This document shows positions 1-8,309 of a stretch of 32,000 nucleotides of DNA, in pieces (position 1 is the stretch's first letter; every line of letters begins with the position of its first letter). The stretch is taken from positions 1,890,001-1,922,000 of the forward strand of contig OW818653.1 in NCBI GenBank assembly GCA_942492995.1. The letters run 5' to 3'. The position numbers and the translations under genes are program-made. This DNA is from an uncultured Erysipelotrichaceae bacterium (GTDB taxonomy: Bacteria > Bacillota_I > Bacilli_A > Erysipelotrichales > Erysipelotrichaceae). The notes beneath the pieces are model-generated. The model had not been told where the DNA came from and ran no database searches. It saw nothing but the letters and a program-made list of their open reading frames with translations.

Positions 1-1
1 T

Positions 2-445
2 CTTCTGTTAGGAAAGAAAGCGAAATTTATCCTCATTTTACAACCCCTCTTAAGTTTTGTGTTTGGGTATGTGGTTAACTTTTTCTTGTATGATTTTAGC
101 TATCTTGCGAATTTAGTCTTTAGTAACTATGCCTTCCAGTTAGTTGGATTATTAGGTGGAATCATATTAATGTCACTGGGCGTTAGTTTAATGATGAGTG
201 TAAAACTTGTTGTACTACCGTACGATGCGTTTATTGTCGTGTTCTCGGATCATTATAAAATACCATTCGTACGAGTTAGAACCGGTGCAGATTTCATTTT
301 TGTACTATCATCACTTGTAATGGCTTGGGCATTTACGCTAAACTATGCGCCAGTTCGTGAAGGTACGGTTATATTTGCTTTAACAGTAGGTAGTTTAATC
401 GGCTATTTCTCTAAATATTGGAAACATTTATTAAAAGTAATCTAA
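2..445 (+). CDS. YczE/YitT-like integral membrane protein, C-terminal part (5' end lies outside the window)
   Basis: The frame is open from nt 2 with no stop before the listed ORF at 59, so the gene is truncated by the window edge. It has hydrophobic helices (GLLGGIILMSLGVSLMM, FIFVLSSLVMAWAF, IFALTVGSLIGYF). The family assignment rests only on remembered sequence character. Confidence 0.45.
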   Translation, partial: LLLGKKAKFILILQPLLSFVFGYVVNFFLYDFSYLANLVFSNYAFQLVGLLGGIILMSLGVSLMMSVKLVVLPYDAFIVVFSDHYKIPFVRVRTGADFIFVLSSLVMAWAFTLNYAPVREGTVIFALTVGSLIGYFSKYWKHLLKVI

Positions 446-512
446 ACAAGTGAAAACTTGTTTTTTATTGTCTGAATTTCACAATCGTTGTACAATAAAC
501 GCGAGGCAAACT

Positions 513-1490
513 ATGGAGACTCCTAAGAATAAGTTAAAACTTCTTGAAATACGTGATTTATTGTTGCGTGAAACAGATGATAAACATTCTCTATCGGTCC
601 AACAAATAATTGATTACTTAGCGTCCAAAGGGATTAAGAGTGAACGCAAAAGTATTTATCATTATATGGAATTATTAGAGGAGTATGGATTAGATATTAT
701 CACTCTAAAAGATAAACAGAATTGGTATTCCATAGCGAATCGAGATTTTCAATTGGCTGAGTTAAAACTATTGGTCGATGCGATTAAATTCTCTAAGTTT
801 ATTACCAAACAAAAAAGTGTTGAATTGATCGATAAGATTAAAGGCTTAACAAGTGTTCATGAAGCGCAACTCTTACAACGTGATGATTTAGTTACGGGAC
901 GTTTAAAAACGCGTAATACCTCGATTTATTTGAATGTGGATGCGATTCATGATGCGATACTAGGTAAACGTAAACTACGCTTTAAGTATTTCGATTATGA
1001 TGTGAATAAACAGATTAAATATCGTAAGAATGGGGAATACTATCAAGTCAATCCAGTCTTCTTATGTTGGGATGATGAAAAGTATTACTGTGTCTGTTAC
1101 CACGAACAACACGATGATTATGTCGTGTATCGCGTTGATAAAATGCGTGAAGTAAGTGTATTAAATGTGACACATAACTATGCACAGAAACCAGATGATA
1201 TGGAAAAATTCTGTGATCAACTCTTTAATATGTTTACAGGCGTCGAAAAAAGAGTTACCATACGGTTTGACCAAGAACTATTAAACGTCGTATTAGATCG
1301 CTTTGGAATGGATGTGAAGATTAATGTGATAGATGATCGTTGGTTTGAAATAACTGAAACAGTTTATGTAAGTCCAACATTCTTATCTTGGGTCATACAG
1401 TTCCAAGATAAGGCAAAGATTATAGAACCCATTGAAGTAATGCATGAGATTAAAACTCTACTAGAAAAAACACTAAAGAACTATGAATAA
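513..1490 (+). CDS. WYL-domain transcriptional regulator (wHTH-WYL-WCX architecture)
   Basis: It has an N-terminal winged HTH (LSVQQIIDYLASKGIKSERKSIYHYMELLEEYG). The central WYL-type region reads LRFKYFDYD...YYQVNPVFLCWDDEKYYCVCY...VYRVDKM, followed by a C-terminal extension. A GAGG SD lies 7 nt upstream of ATG 513. The track start at 450 is a GTG with no SD, 4 nt after the previous stop. Confidence 0.8.
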   Translation: METPKNKLKLLEIRDLLLRETDDKHSLSVQQIIDYLASKGIKSERKSIYHYMELLEEYGLDIITLKDKQNWYSIANRDFQLAELKLLVDAIKFSKFITKQKSVELIDKIKGLTSVHEAQLLQRDDLVTGRLKTRNTSIYLNVDAIHDAILGKRKLRFKYFDYDVNKQIKYRKNGEYYQVNPVFLCWDDEKYYCVCYHEQHDDYVVYRVDKMREVSVLNVTHNYAQKPDDMEKFCDQLFNMFTGVEKRVTIRFDQELLNVVLDRFGMDVKINVIDDRWFEITETVYVSPTFLSWVIQFQDKAKIIEPIEVMHEIKTLLEKTLKNYE

Positions 1491-2352
1491 ATCAAGCCAA
1501 AACAAACAATTAGCCATTAACTATAGTGTCCTTAAACGCTTAGTTCAAAACGATACACTTGTTAACTCAAGAATCAATAAAGAAAATATTCAAGAACTAC
1601 TCGATGTGCAGAAGTTCTATGAAACATACTTTGAAAGTACGAAATTTGTACAATATTTTCCACAAGTATGTCAGCTTATTAAACGTGAAACAGAAACCGC
1701 ATTTGCGCGTTTGAAACAACGTGTTTTTATTGTGCATAAATACGATGAAGAATATCCAAAGGCAATCTTACAAGACTTAAAAGATGAAGCACCTTTATTC
1801 TTATATCTATGTGGTGATAATTCATTGTTAGATCGTAAAGTTAAACGTGTATCTGTTGTCACTACCATCAATCGTGAAGATACATTTATTGAAGAATGTA
1901 AAACGATATGTGATAAGTTTATCGATTCACCGTTTACGATATTACTTCAAAATCGTAGTGTAGTGGATCATGTTATATACGAACAATTAAAAGAAAAGAA
2001 TGTGTCGATCTTACATTTCGTGAATGGTCCATTATTTAAGGATGCGGACGCGGTCAAGATATGCAAATCAAACAACCCTAAATTTGGGCATCTTAGTTTC
2101 GTAGGACCAACCGATGCGGGGATTGAAGAATACCAACGTCTAAAATTAATGAACTCATTAGGCAAGGTTACAGTTCTATTAAGTGACAATCCAAATGATG
2201 TCCATCACTTCTCAATTCAGAATAATTACAGTTGGCATAAGCCTTCATTACTCCCATTATTAAAGAATCATCAGACAGTCCATTTTGATCGTGTATTTAC
2301 CTTAGAAGATACAGCGGATTTTATCCCTTTATTAAATAATCTAATTTCTTAA
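1483..2352 (+). CDS. Divergent DprA/Smf-like (SLOG-superfamily Rossmann) protein
   Basis: By-eye alignment to the DprA core is collinear. YPKAILQDLKDEAPLFLYLCGDNSLLD matches YP-x-L-x-I-x-D-x-P-x-LF-x-KG. RVSVVTT sits where VAVVGSR is, ILLQNRSVVDHV where VSGLA-GID-x-AH is, SILHFVNGPLF where TIAVLG-GLD is, and HLSFVGP where L-LSEYPP is. The canonical GSR and SG-A-GID motifs are substituted. The start ATG overlaps the WYL gene stop by 8 nt (ATGAATAA). Confidence 0.5.
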   Translation: MNKSSQNKQLAINYSVLKRLVQNDTLVNSRINKENIQELLDVQKFYETYFESTKFVQYFPQVCQLIKRETETAFARLKQRVFIVHKYDEEYPKAILQDLKDEAPLFLYLCGDNSLLDRKVKRVSVVTTINREDTFIEECKTICDKFIDSPFTILLQNRSVVDHVIYEQLKEKNVSILHFVNGPLFKDADAVKICKSNNPKFGHLSFVGPTDAGIEEYQRLKLMNSLGKVTVLLSDNPNDVHHFSIQNNYSWHKPSLLPLLKNHQTVHFDRVFTLEDTADFIPLLNNLIS

Positions 2353-2434
2353 CGAGTTTGGCTGGTATAAAACTCTAAAAGTTGTGAAATATGATGATTA
2401 TTGTTATAAATTTCAGAAATTTATGATTGTCTCA

Positions 2435-2463
2435 TTGTATTCCTTTTTTAGCAGTTTTATACT
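2435..2463 (+). promoter_or_regulatory. Candidate sigma-A promoter for the CoADR-fusion gene
   Basis: TTGTAT (2435-2440), a 17-nt spacer, then TATACT (2458-2463), about 34 nt upstream of ATG 2497. Confidence 0.4.
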
Positions 2464-2496
2464 TTTTTTGTGCTTATATCACAAAGGAACAAGACG

Positions 2497-4977
2497 ATGA
2501 AAAAGATTTTAATTGTAGGTGGAGTTGCCGGTGGTGCGACTGCTGCGGCTAGACTCAGAAGATTAAGTGAAGATGACGAAATAATAATGTTTGAACGCGA
2601 TGAGTATATTAGTTTTGCGAACTGTGGATTACCTTACTACATTGGGGATGTCATAACAGAACGTGATGATCTACTCGTACAAACAATTGAAGGAATGTCA
2701 GAACGTTTTAATTTAGACATTCGTAACTTCTCAGAAGTAATTGATATTAATCGTGCTGCGAAAACAGTTACGATTAAGAAAGTTAAAACAGGAGATACGT
2801 ATCAAGAATCATACGATGTTTTACTCTTATCACCAGGGGCTAAACCAATATTCCCTCCAATCGAAGGAATCAAAGAAGCGAATAATTTATTCGTATTAAG
2901 AAATATACCAGATACGGATGCGATTTATCACTACATCGAAACGAAGAATCCTAAGACTGCGGTTGTCGTAGGGGGCGGATTTATCGGCGTAGAAATGGCT
3001 GAAAATTTAACTGAACGTGGCATTAAAGTAACAATCGTAGAAAAACTACCACAAGTACTTGCGCCACTTGATTTTGAAATGGCTCAAATAGTACATCGCG
3101 AATTAAATGCGCATGGGGTAAATTTAGTCTTAGGTGATGGTCTATTAAGCTTTGCGAATAATGGAAGAGTAATTAATCTTGAAAGTGGTAAATCCGTTGA
3201 AACAGATTTAATTATCTTATCTATCGGAGTAGTACCAGAAAATACATTAGCGAAGAAAGCTGACTTACTAGTAGGACCACGAGGACATATCGTCACAACA
3301 TCCAAGTTAGAGACATTGGATATGAATACAAAAGAAGTTGTGGAAGGTGTTTATGCGATTGGGGATGCGATCCAAGTTAAGGACTTCGTTACTAATACAG
3401 ATACTGCGATTGCGTTGGCATGGCCAGCAAATCGTCAAGGCAGAATTGTGGCTGATATCATCCATGGTGCAGATCTTCAATACAATGGTTCAATGGGAAC
3501 GTCTGTATTAAAAGTATTTAATCTAACGATTGCGGCTACAGGTAATAATCAACGTAGTGCAGAAATGAAAAAGATTCCTACTCAAGCAATTCATGCACAT
3601 CGTAATAATCATGCGTCATACTATCCTGGCGCAACGAATATCGATTTCAAACTTGTGTATAACCCTGAAACTTTAGAAATTTTAGGAGCTCAAGCAATTG
3701 GTCAATCAGGTACAGAAAAACGTATAGATGTTATCGCTACAGCGATTAAATTAAAAGCTAAAGTAACACAACTTAGTGATTTAGAATTAGCATACGCACC
3801 TCCATATTCTTCTGCTAAAGATCCAGTCAATATTCTTGGCTATATTGCAGAGAATGTTATTGCGGGTCACTATAAAGTAGCTTACGTCCAACAAATTCCT
3901 GAACTTCAAGCTCAAGGCGCGTTATTCTTAGATGTTCGTACACCAATTGAATTTGAAACAGGGTATATTCCTAACGCAATTAACGTTGAAGTTGATCAAT
4001 TAAGAGATAATCTAAAAGTATTAGGTGATTCTAAAGATCGTATGATCGTTGTAAACTGCCAAGTTGGTTTACGCGCATATGTAGCGATTATGATGTTAAA
4101 GAACTTAGGTTATACAAATTTATATAACTTATCCGGTGGATATTCTACATATAAAGCTTATAAATACGAGTTAAACAGTGCGTCAATGGGAATCGTAAGA
4201 ACGCAGAAAGTGGATGAAACGACAGGTATGACAAAAACATCGCATATTGGTGATAATTCAAAAGTAGTCGATGTATCCGGTCTTCAATGTCCAGGTCCGC
4301 TAATGGCGACATTCAAAGCTGTACAAGACATTAGTGAAGGGGATGGCGTAAAAATAATTGCGACAGATCCTGGGTTTGCGACAGATGTACAAGCATGGGC
4401 TAAAACGAATGGCCATGATTTAGTAAGTTTAAATCTCGATGGTAATAAATATGTTGCGGAGATTGTTAAGGGTAAAAAAGCAGAAACTGATCATTGTGTA
4501 GTAGGTCAAGAAAATGCGACTATCGTATTATTCTCGGGTGAACTTGATAAAGCATTAGCCGCGATGATTATTGCCCAAGGTGCCGCAGCACAAGGTAAAC
4601 ATGTATCAATCTTCTTTACATTCTGGGGATTGAACGCATTACGTAAAGATGCGAATGTACCTACGAACAAGAACTTAATTGAACGTATGTTTGGATTCAT
4701 GATGCCAAGAGGTGCAGATAAGCTTCCATTATCCAGTATGAATATGATGGGTATGGGTCAAAAAATGATTAAGGGTATTATGAAACATAAGAATGTGGAT
4801 CAATTACCAGTCATGATTAAGAATGCTCAAGCACTTGGAATCAAATTTATCGCATGTAATATGAGTATGGATTTAATGGGTATCAAACAAGAAGAATTAA
4901 TCGATGGAGTTGAACTTGGTGGTGTAGGAACATACATCGCTAATAACGAAAACGTCGGTACAACATTATTCATTTAA
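2497..4977 (+). CDS. Four-domain sulfur-trafficking flavoprotein: CoA-disulfide/persulfide reductase + rhodanese + TusA/SirA-like + DsrE/DrsE-like
   Basis: The N-terminus has an FAD fold (ILIVGGVAGGATAA) and the CoADR redox cysteine (SFANCGLPYY), plus a second dinucleotide fold (AVVVGGGFIGVEMAE). The rhodanese active-site loop is VVNCQVGLRA. The TusA motif is GLQCPGPLM. The DsrE-like tail reads ATIVLFSGELDKA...FIACNMSMDLMG. An AGGAA SD precedes ATG 2497; the track start at 2470 has no SD. Confidence 0.85.
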   Translation: MKKILIVGGVAGGATAAARLRRLSEDDEIIMFERDEYISFANCGLPYYIGDVITERDDLLVQTIEGMSERFNLDIRNFSEVIDINRAAKTVTIKKVKTGDTYQESYDVLLLSPGAKPIFPPIEGIKEANNLFVLRNIPDTDAIYHYIETKNPKTAVVVGGGFIGVEMAENLTERGIKVTIVEKLPQVLAPLDFEMAQIVHRELNAHGVNLVLGDGLLSFANNGRVINLESGKSVETDLIILSIGVVPENTLAKKADLLVGPRGHIVTTSKLETLDMNTKEVVEGVYAIGDAIQVKDFVTNTDTAIALAWPANRQGRIVADIIHGADLQYNGSMGTSVLKVFNLTIAATGNNQRSAEMKKIPTQAIHAHRNNHASYYPGATNIDFKLVYNPETLEILGAQAIGQSGTEKRIDVIATAIKLKAKVTQLSDLELAYAPPYSSAKDPVNILGYIAENVIAGHYKVAYVQQIPELQAQGALFLDVRTPIEFETGYIPNAINVEVDQLRDNLKVLGDSKDRMIVVNCQVGLRAYVAIMMLKNLGYTNLYNLSGGYSTYKAYKYELNSASMGIVRTQKVDETTGMTKTSHIGDNSKVVDVSGLQCPGPLMATFKAVQDISEGDGVKIIATDPGFATDVQAWAKTNGHDLVSLNLDGNKYVAEIVKGKKAETDHCVVGQENATIVLFSGELDKALAAMIIAQGAAAQGKHVSIFFTFWGLNALRKDANVPTNKNLIERMFGFMMPRGADKLPLSSMNMMGMGQKMIKGIMKHKNVDQLPVMIKNAQALGIKFIACNMSMDLMGIKQEELIDGVELGGVGTYIANNENVGTTLFI

Positions 4978-4999
4978 ACGGGTTAATCCCGTTTTTTTG
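4976..4999 (+). terminator. Rho-independent terminator
   Basis: AAACGGG / CCCGTTT stem with a TTAAT loop followed by a T-run, overlapping the stop codon at 4975-4977. Confidence 0.8.
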
Positions 5000-5025
5000 T
5001 TATAATCGAGATAGAGGTAAACCAT

Positions 5026-5655
5026 ATGACAGTACATATTGAGTGGTTAGGACATTCTAGTTTTAAGCTAACATATAATGCATATCAGATTGTGATTGAT
5101 CCATTTACAGATAATATTATTCCTGGTTTAAAAGGCGTTAAAGAAGAAGCACATCTAGTCTTATGTTCACATGAACATCGTGATCATAATGCACGTGATT
5201 CTGTCACCTTATTACCTCAAACAGATAATCCATTTAAAATTATTGAGTTAGATAGCTATCATGATAATAATCAAGGATTAGATCGTGGTAAGAATAAGAT
5301 CGTCGTTCTACAAGATTATTCACTAAAACTTGTACATCTTGGTGATATTGGTTGTATCCCAGAAGTTGATATGTTAGAGAAAATGCATCAGCCAGATGTA
5401 TTGTTTGTGCCAATTGGTGGACATTACACATTGAATCGAGAAGATATTGTAAGACTTATTCAAATGATTCAACCAAAAGTGATTGTGCCTATGCATTATA
5501 AATCAAATGAGTTTGGACCAAATGTGATTGGGACGTTAGATGAATTTACACAATTAATGGATCAACCCATTATTGATTACACATCATCAAGTTTTAACTA
5601 TACCTCTGATATGAAGAATCATATTGCGGTTTTATCACCTAAAAATAAACTCTAA
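5026..5655 (+). CDS. MBL-fold metallo-hydrolase (UPF0173/YtkL-like)
   Basis: It has the H-x-H-x-D-H metal motif (CSHEHRDHN) and an N-terminus (WLGHSSFKL...IVIDPF) typical of small cytoplasmic MBL hydrolases. An AGAGGT SD is present. Confidence 0.75.
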   Translation: MTVHIEWLGHSSFKLTYNAYQIVIDPFTDNIIPGLKGVKEEAHLVLCSHEHRDHNARDSVTLLPQTDNPFKIIELDSYHDNNQGLDRGKNKIVVLQDYSLKLVHLGDIGCIPEVDMLEKMHQPDVLFVPIGGHYTLNREDIVRLIQMIQPKVIVPMHYKSNEFGPNVIGTLDEFTQLMDQPIIDYTSSSFNYTSDMKNHIAVLSPKNKL

Positions 5656-5679
5656 GAAGCATCATACTGCTTCTTTTTT
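5655..5679 (+). terminator. Rho-independent terminator
   Basis: AGAAGCA / TGCTTCT stem with a 6-nt loop, then TTTTT. Confidence 0.8.
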
Positions 5680-5715
5680 CATACACTTGATATACTAATA
5701 AAAAAGGAGGGCACT

Positions 5716-6141
5716 ATGTCAAAATACGATCTATCGAAGTTAAATCCAATGCAGCTTCAAGTTACACAAAAGAATGCGACGGAACCCCCATTTAAGAACG
5801 AATTTTACAATCACTTTGAAGATGGGATTTATATTGATATTGTAAGTAAGGAAGTATTATTCTCTTCACTGGACAAGTTTGACTCACATTGTGGTTGGCC
5901 AAGCTTTACTAAACCACTTGAAGATAATGTATTAGAGAAAAGAGATATGAGTTATGGAATGGTACGTATCGAAGTACGTTCAAAAGATGCGGATAGTCAT
6001 CTTGGGCATGTCTTTGATGATGGACCACAAGATAAAGGTGGATTACGTTATTGTATTAATTCCGCATCCTTAGAATTCATTCCGAAAGCTAATCTTGAAG
6101 AAAGAGGATATGGAAAATATCTAAGTCTGTTTGCGAAATAA
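5716..6141 (+). CDS. msrB: Peptide-methionine (R)-S-oxide reductase
   Basis: It has the SelR/MsrB motifs [14 protein letters not shown] and the catalytic RYCINS. A strong AAGGAGGG SD is present. Confidence 0.95.
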   Translation: MSKYDLSKLNPMQLQVTQKNATEPPFKNEFYNHFEDGIYIDIVSKEVLFSSLDKFDSHCGWPSFTKPLEDNVLEKRDMSYGMVRIEVRSKDADSHLGHVFDDGPQDKGGLRYCINSASLEFIPKANLEERGYGKYLSLFAK

Positions 6142-6175
6142 GAAATATGTTAAAGTAGTTAAAAGTGAGGAAATT

Positions 6176-6724
6176 ATGGCTTATCCAATTCGATTATTTA
6201 CGCAACGTATGCGTGCATTAGTATTAAAGCGTTCAATTGATCTTGTTCAAAACAAAAAAGTAGAATTACTTGATCATGATCATGAACACGCTCAATTTCA
6301 TGTGGAAAATCAAAAAGATGGATATTATCATGTCGAAGTACGTTTACTTGATAATCAAGTTGCGTTTACACATTGTGATTGTCCGTATCGTGGTGTAGGT
6401 TTATGTAAACATACAGGTGCAGCATTGTTACAACTGATTGTGAATGATGGATTTGATATCAATGAATTAACCGATTTAGATTTTAAATTAGAGGATAGTG
6501 ACGTCATTGACCTTGAAGCGATGGAAGAAAATGTTAAAGCAATTATTAAAGAAATCAGTCAAGATAGTGGCTTTGAATTAGTCGAATTTTTGTCTAGCCA
6601 AGATAAACCTCAACTCTTAACATTTATCTTAAAATACTTAGAAGAATCGGAAGATATTCGTCTCGTTATTATGGCTTATTTATGGTATAAAAGTCAGAAT
6701 CCTAAGCCTCCATTTTTGTCTTAA
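6176..6724 (+). CDS. Small SWIM zinc-finger protein
   Basis: The C-x-C-x(n)-C-x-H signature is HCDCPYRGVGLCKHTGAALL. A GTGAGGAA SD lies before ATG 6176, which is the internal Met of the track ORF starting at 6131. Confidence 0.7.
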   Translation: MAYPIRLFTQRMRALVLKRSIDLVQNKKVELLDHDHEHAQFHVENQKDGYYHVEVRLLDNQVAFTHCDCPYRGVGLCKHTGAALLQLIVNDGFDINELTDLDFKLEDSDVIDLEAMEENVKAIIKEISQDSGFELVEFLSSQDKPQLLTFILKYLEESEDIRLVIMAYLWYKSQNPKPPFLS

Positions 6725-6744
6725 GCGCCTACGCGCTTTTTTTA
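6723..6744 (+). terminator. Rho-independent terminator
   Basis: AAGCGC / GCGCTT stem with a CTAC loop and a T7 run. Confidence 0.8.
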
Positions 6745-6787
6745 ATTCTGTCATCATTACAAATTGACAAGCTTGTTGTAGGATGAA

Positions 6788-6816
6788 TTGAAACCGCTTT
6801 AAAAGAAAACTATACT
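6788..6816 (+). promoter_or_regulatory. Candidate mtl promoter with an overlapping cre-like site
   Basis: TTGAAA (6788-6793), a 17-nt spacer, then TATACT (6811-6816). TGAAACCGCTTTAA (6789-6802) matches the cre consensus TGWAANCGNTNWCA at 13 of 14 positions. Confidence 0.45.
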
Positions 6817-6867
6817 AAGGATGACGATGACCAAGTCATCAAGTCAAATTACCTATAAGGAGGTATT

Positions 6868-7923
6868 ATGAAAGAGAAAGTTCAAAGTTTTGGCCGTTTC
6901 TTATCCGGAATGGTCATGCCAAATTTGGGCGCCTTCATTGCTTGGGGTTTAATCACCGCATTATTCATCCCAACTGGTTGGTTACCAAATGAATCATTTT
7001 CCGTCGTAGTTGGACCAATGCTTACTTACCTATTGCCAATTCTAGTTGGTTATACAGGTGGTAGAGTAGTTCATGGACAACGTGGAGCAGTAGTAGGGGC
7101 TACAGCTACATTCGGTGTTATTATGGGCGCTGGTATTCCTATGATCTTAGGCGCAATGATTATTGCTCCTATCACTGCTTATGTATTAAAGAAAATAGAC
7201 GAAGCTTTAGAAGGCAAGATTCCTGCTGGATTCGAAATGTTAGTAAACAATTTCACAGCTGGTATCGAAGCTGCAGTATTCGCAATCCTTGGACTAGTTG
7301 TTATCGGTCCAGTTGTTGAAGCTTTATCAAACGCATTAGGTGCTGGAGCAGAAGTGCTTGTAAGCGCTGGTTTATTACCTTTAGTTTCAATCGTTGTTGA
7401 ACCTGCTAAGATCTTATTCTTAAATAATGCAATCAACCACGGCGTTCTAGGTCCTCTAGGTGTTGCTCAAGTAGCTGAAACTGGAAAATCCATTTTCTTA
7501 CTAATTGAAACAAATCCAGGTCCTGGTCTTGGTGTATTAGTTGCTGCTTACCTATTCGGTAAAGGCTTAACTAAAGAATCTGCTCCTGGAGCAATCATTA
7601 TCCACTTCTTTGGTGGTATTCATGAAATCTACTTCCCATACGTATTGATGAACCCATTACTATTACTAGCTGTTATCGCTGGTGGTGCTACAGGCGTATT
7701 CACATTCGTATTACTAAATGCTGGTTTAGTCGCTCCTCCATCACCTGGATCAATCTTCGCATTATCCGCAATGGCTTCCGGTGATTTACTAAAAGTTTGG
7801 GTTGGTATCGCAACTTCCGCAGCAGTATCATTCTTCGTTGCTTCATTCGTGTACAAATTCACTGAAGGCAAAAAAGACTTAGATGCAGCTACAGCAGAAA
7901 GCGCAGCTAATAAAAATTTATGA
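6868..7923 (+). CDS. mtlA: PTS mannitol-specific EIIC component (stand-alone IIC)
   Basis: It is near-collinear with the MtlA IIC domain: [88 protein letters not shown]. The SD is AAGGAGG. Confidence 0.95.
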   Translation: MKEKVQSFGRFLSGMVMPNLGAFIAWGLITALFIPTGWLPNESFSVVVGPMLTYLLPILVGYTGGRVVHGQRGAVVGATATFGVIMGAGIPMILGAMIIAPITAYVLKKIDEALEGKIPAGFEMLVNNFTAGIEAAVFAILGLVVIGPVVEALSNALGAGAEVLVSAGLLPLVSIVVEPAKILFLNNAINHGVLGPLGVAQVAETGKSIFLLIETNPGPGLGVLVAAYLFGKGLTKESAPGAIIIHFFGGIHEIYFPYVLMNPLLLLAVIAGGATGVFTFVLLNAGLVAPPSPGSIFALSAMASGDLLKVWVGIATSAAVSFFVASFVYKFTEGKKDLDAATAESAANKNL

Positions 7924-8201
7924 TAAAGAAAATTGTATTCGCATGTGATGCCGGAATGGGATCCAGCGCAATGGGAGCTACAACGTTAAGTAAGAAACTA
8001 AAAGCGGCTGGTTTAGACATTAAAGTTGTACATACAGCAATAGAAGACATACCAAGTGACGCACAATTAATCGTTACTCACACATCTCTTGCAAATCGTG
8101 CTCGTAAAGAACACCCTAATGTAGAAGTTGTCACCATCAATAGTTTTGTTGGCGCACCTGAATACGATCAACTTGTCAAACGACTCACAGAAGAAAAATA
8201 A
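7920..8201 (+). CDS. PTS mannitol-type EIIB component (free-standing)
   Basis: It has the phospho-cysteine loop [15 protein letters not shown]. The ATG overlaps the IIC stop (ATGA). Confidence 0.9.
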   Translation: MIKKIVFACDAGMGSSAMGATTLSKKLKAAGLDIKVVHTAIEDIPSDAQLIVTHTSLANRARKEHPNVEVVTINSFVGAPEYDQLVKRLTEEK

Positions 8202-8208
8202 TAATACG

Positions 8209-8233
8209 AAGGGGTAGAAATACCCCTTTTTAT
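8209..8233 (+). terminator. Rho-independent terminator between the IIC-IIB genes and mtlR
   Basis: GGGGTA / TACCCC stem with a GAAA tetraloop and a T-run. Confidence 0.75.
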
Positions 8234-8309
8234 TTATGGCAACATATAATGTGTTCTATCTTAAATCATGTCACTATATAACTTTTAAAAAAGTGTTTAT
8301 AATGAAAGT

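Noticed and set aside
450-512. GTG start at 450 for the WYL regulator, and similar upstream extensions at 2470, 6131, 10415 and 26421
   Set aside because: In each case an internal ATG has a properly spaced SD and matches the expected family N-terminus. The upstream starts lack an SD.
1671-2189. Minus-strand ORFs 1671-1871 and 1968-2189 from the track
   Set aside because: They lie entirely antisense within the DprA-like CDS. They have no SD and low-complexity, Ser/Arg/Cys-rich composition typical of shadow frames. The same reasoning applies to the other antisense ORFs: 3084-3305, 4506-4700, 5240-5431, 7179-7436, 7629-7871, 10624-10830, 11280-11522, 12936-13439, 13779-13979, 14386-14571, 15167-15430, 15431-15631, 16429-16725, 17132-17335, 18435-18791, 18548-18739, 18976-19185, 19369-19578, 20540-20797, 23049-23249, 23828-24010, 30211-30420, 30489-30695 and 31289-31492.
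2354-2375. GAGTTT / AAACTC hairpin after the DprA-like gene as a terminator
   Set aside because: It has a 10-nt loop, an AT-rich 6-bp stem and no following T-run, so I do not call it a terminator.
2382-2388. TTGTGAA, a Rex-box-like half site upstream of the CoADR fusion
   Set aside because: The partner half-site TTCACAA is absent at the expected spacing. A single 7-mer in AT-rich DNA is not evidence.
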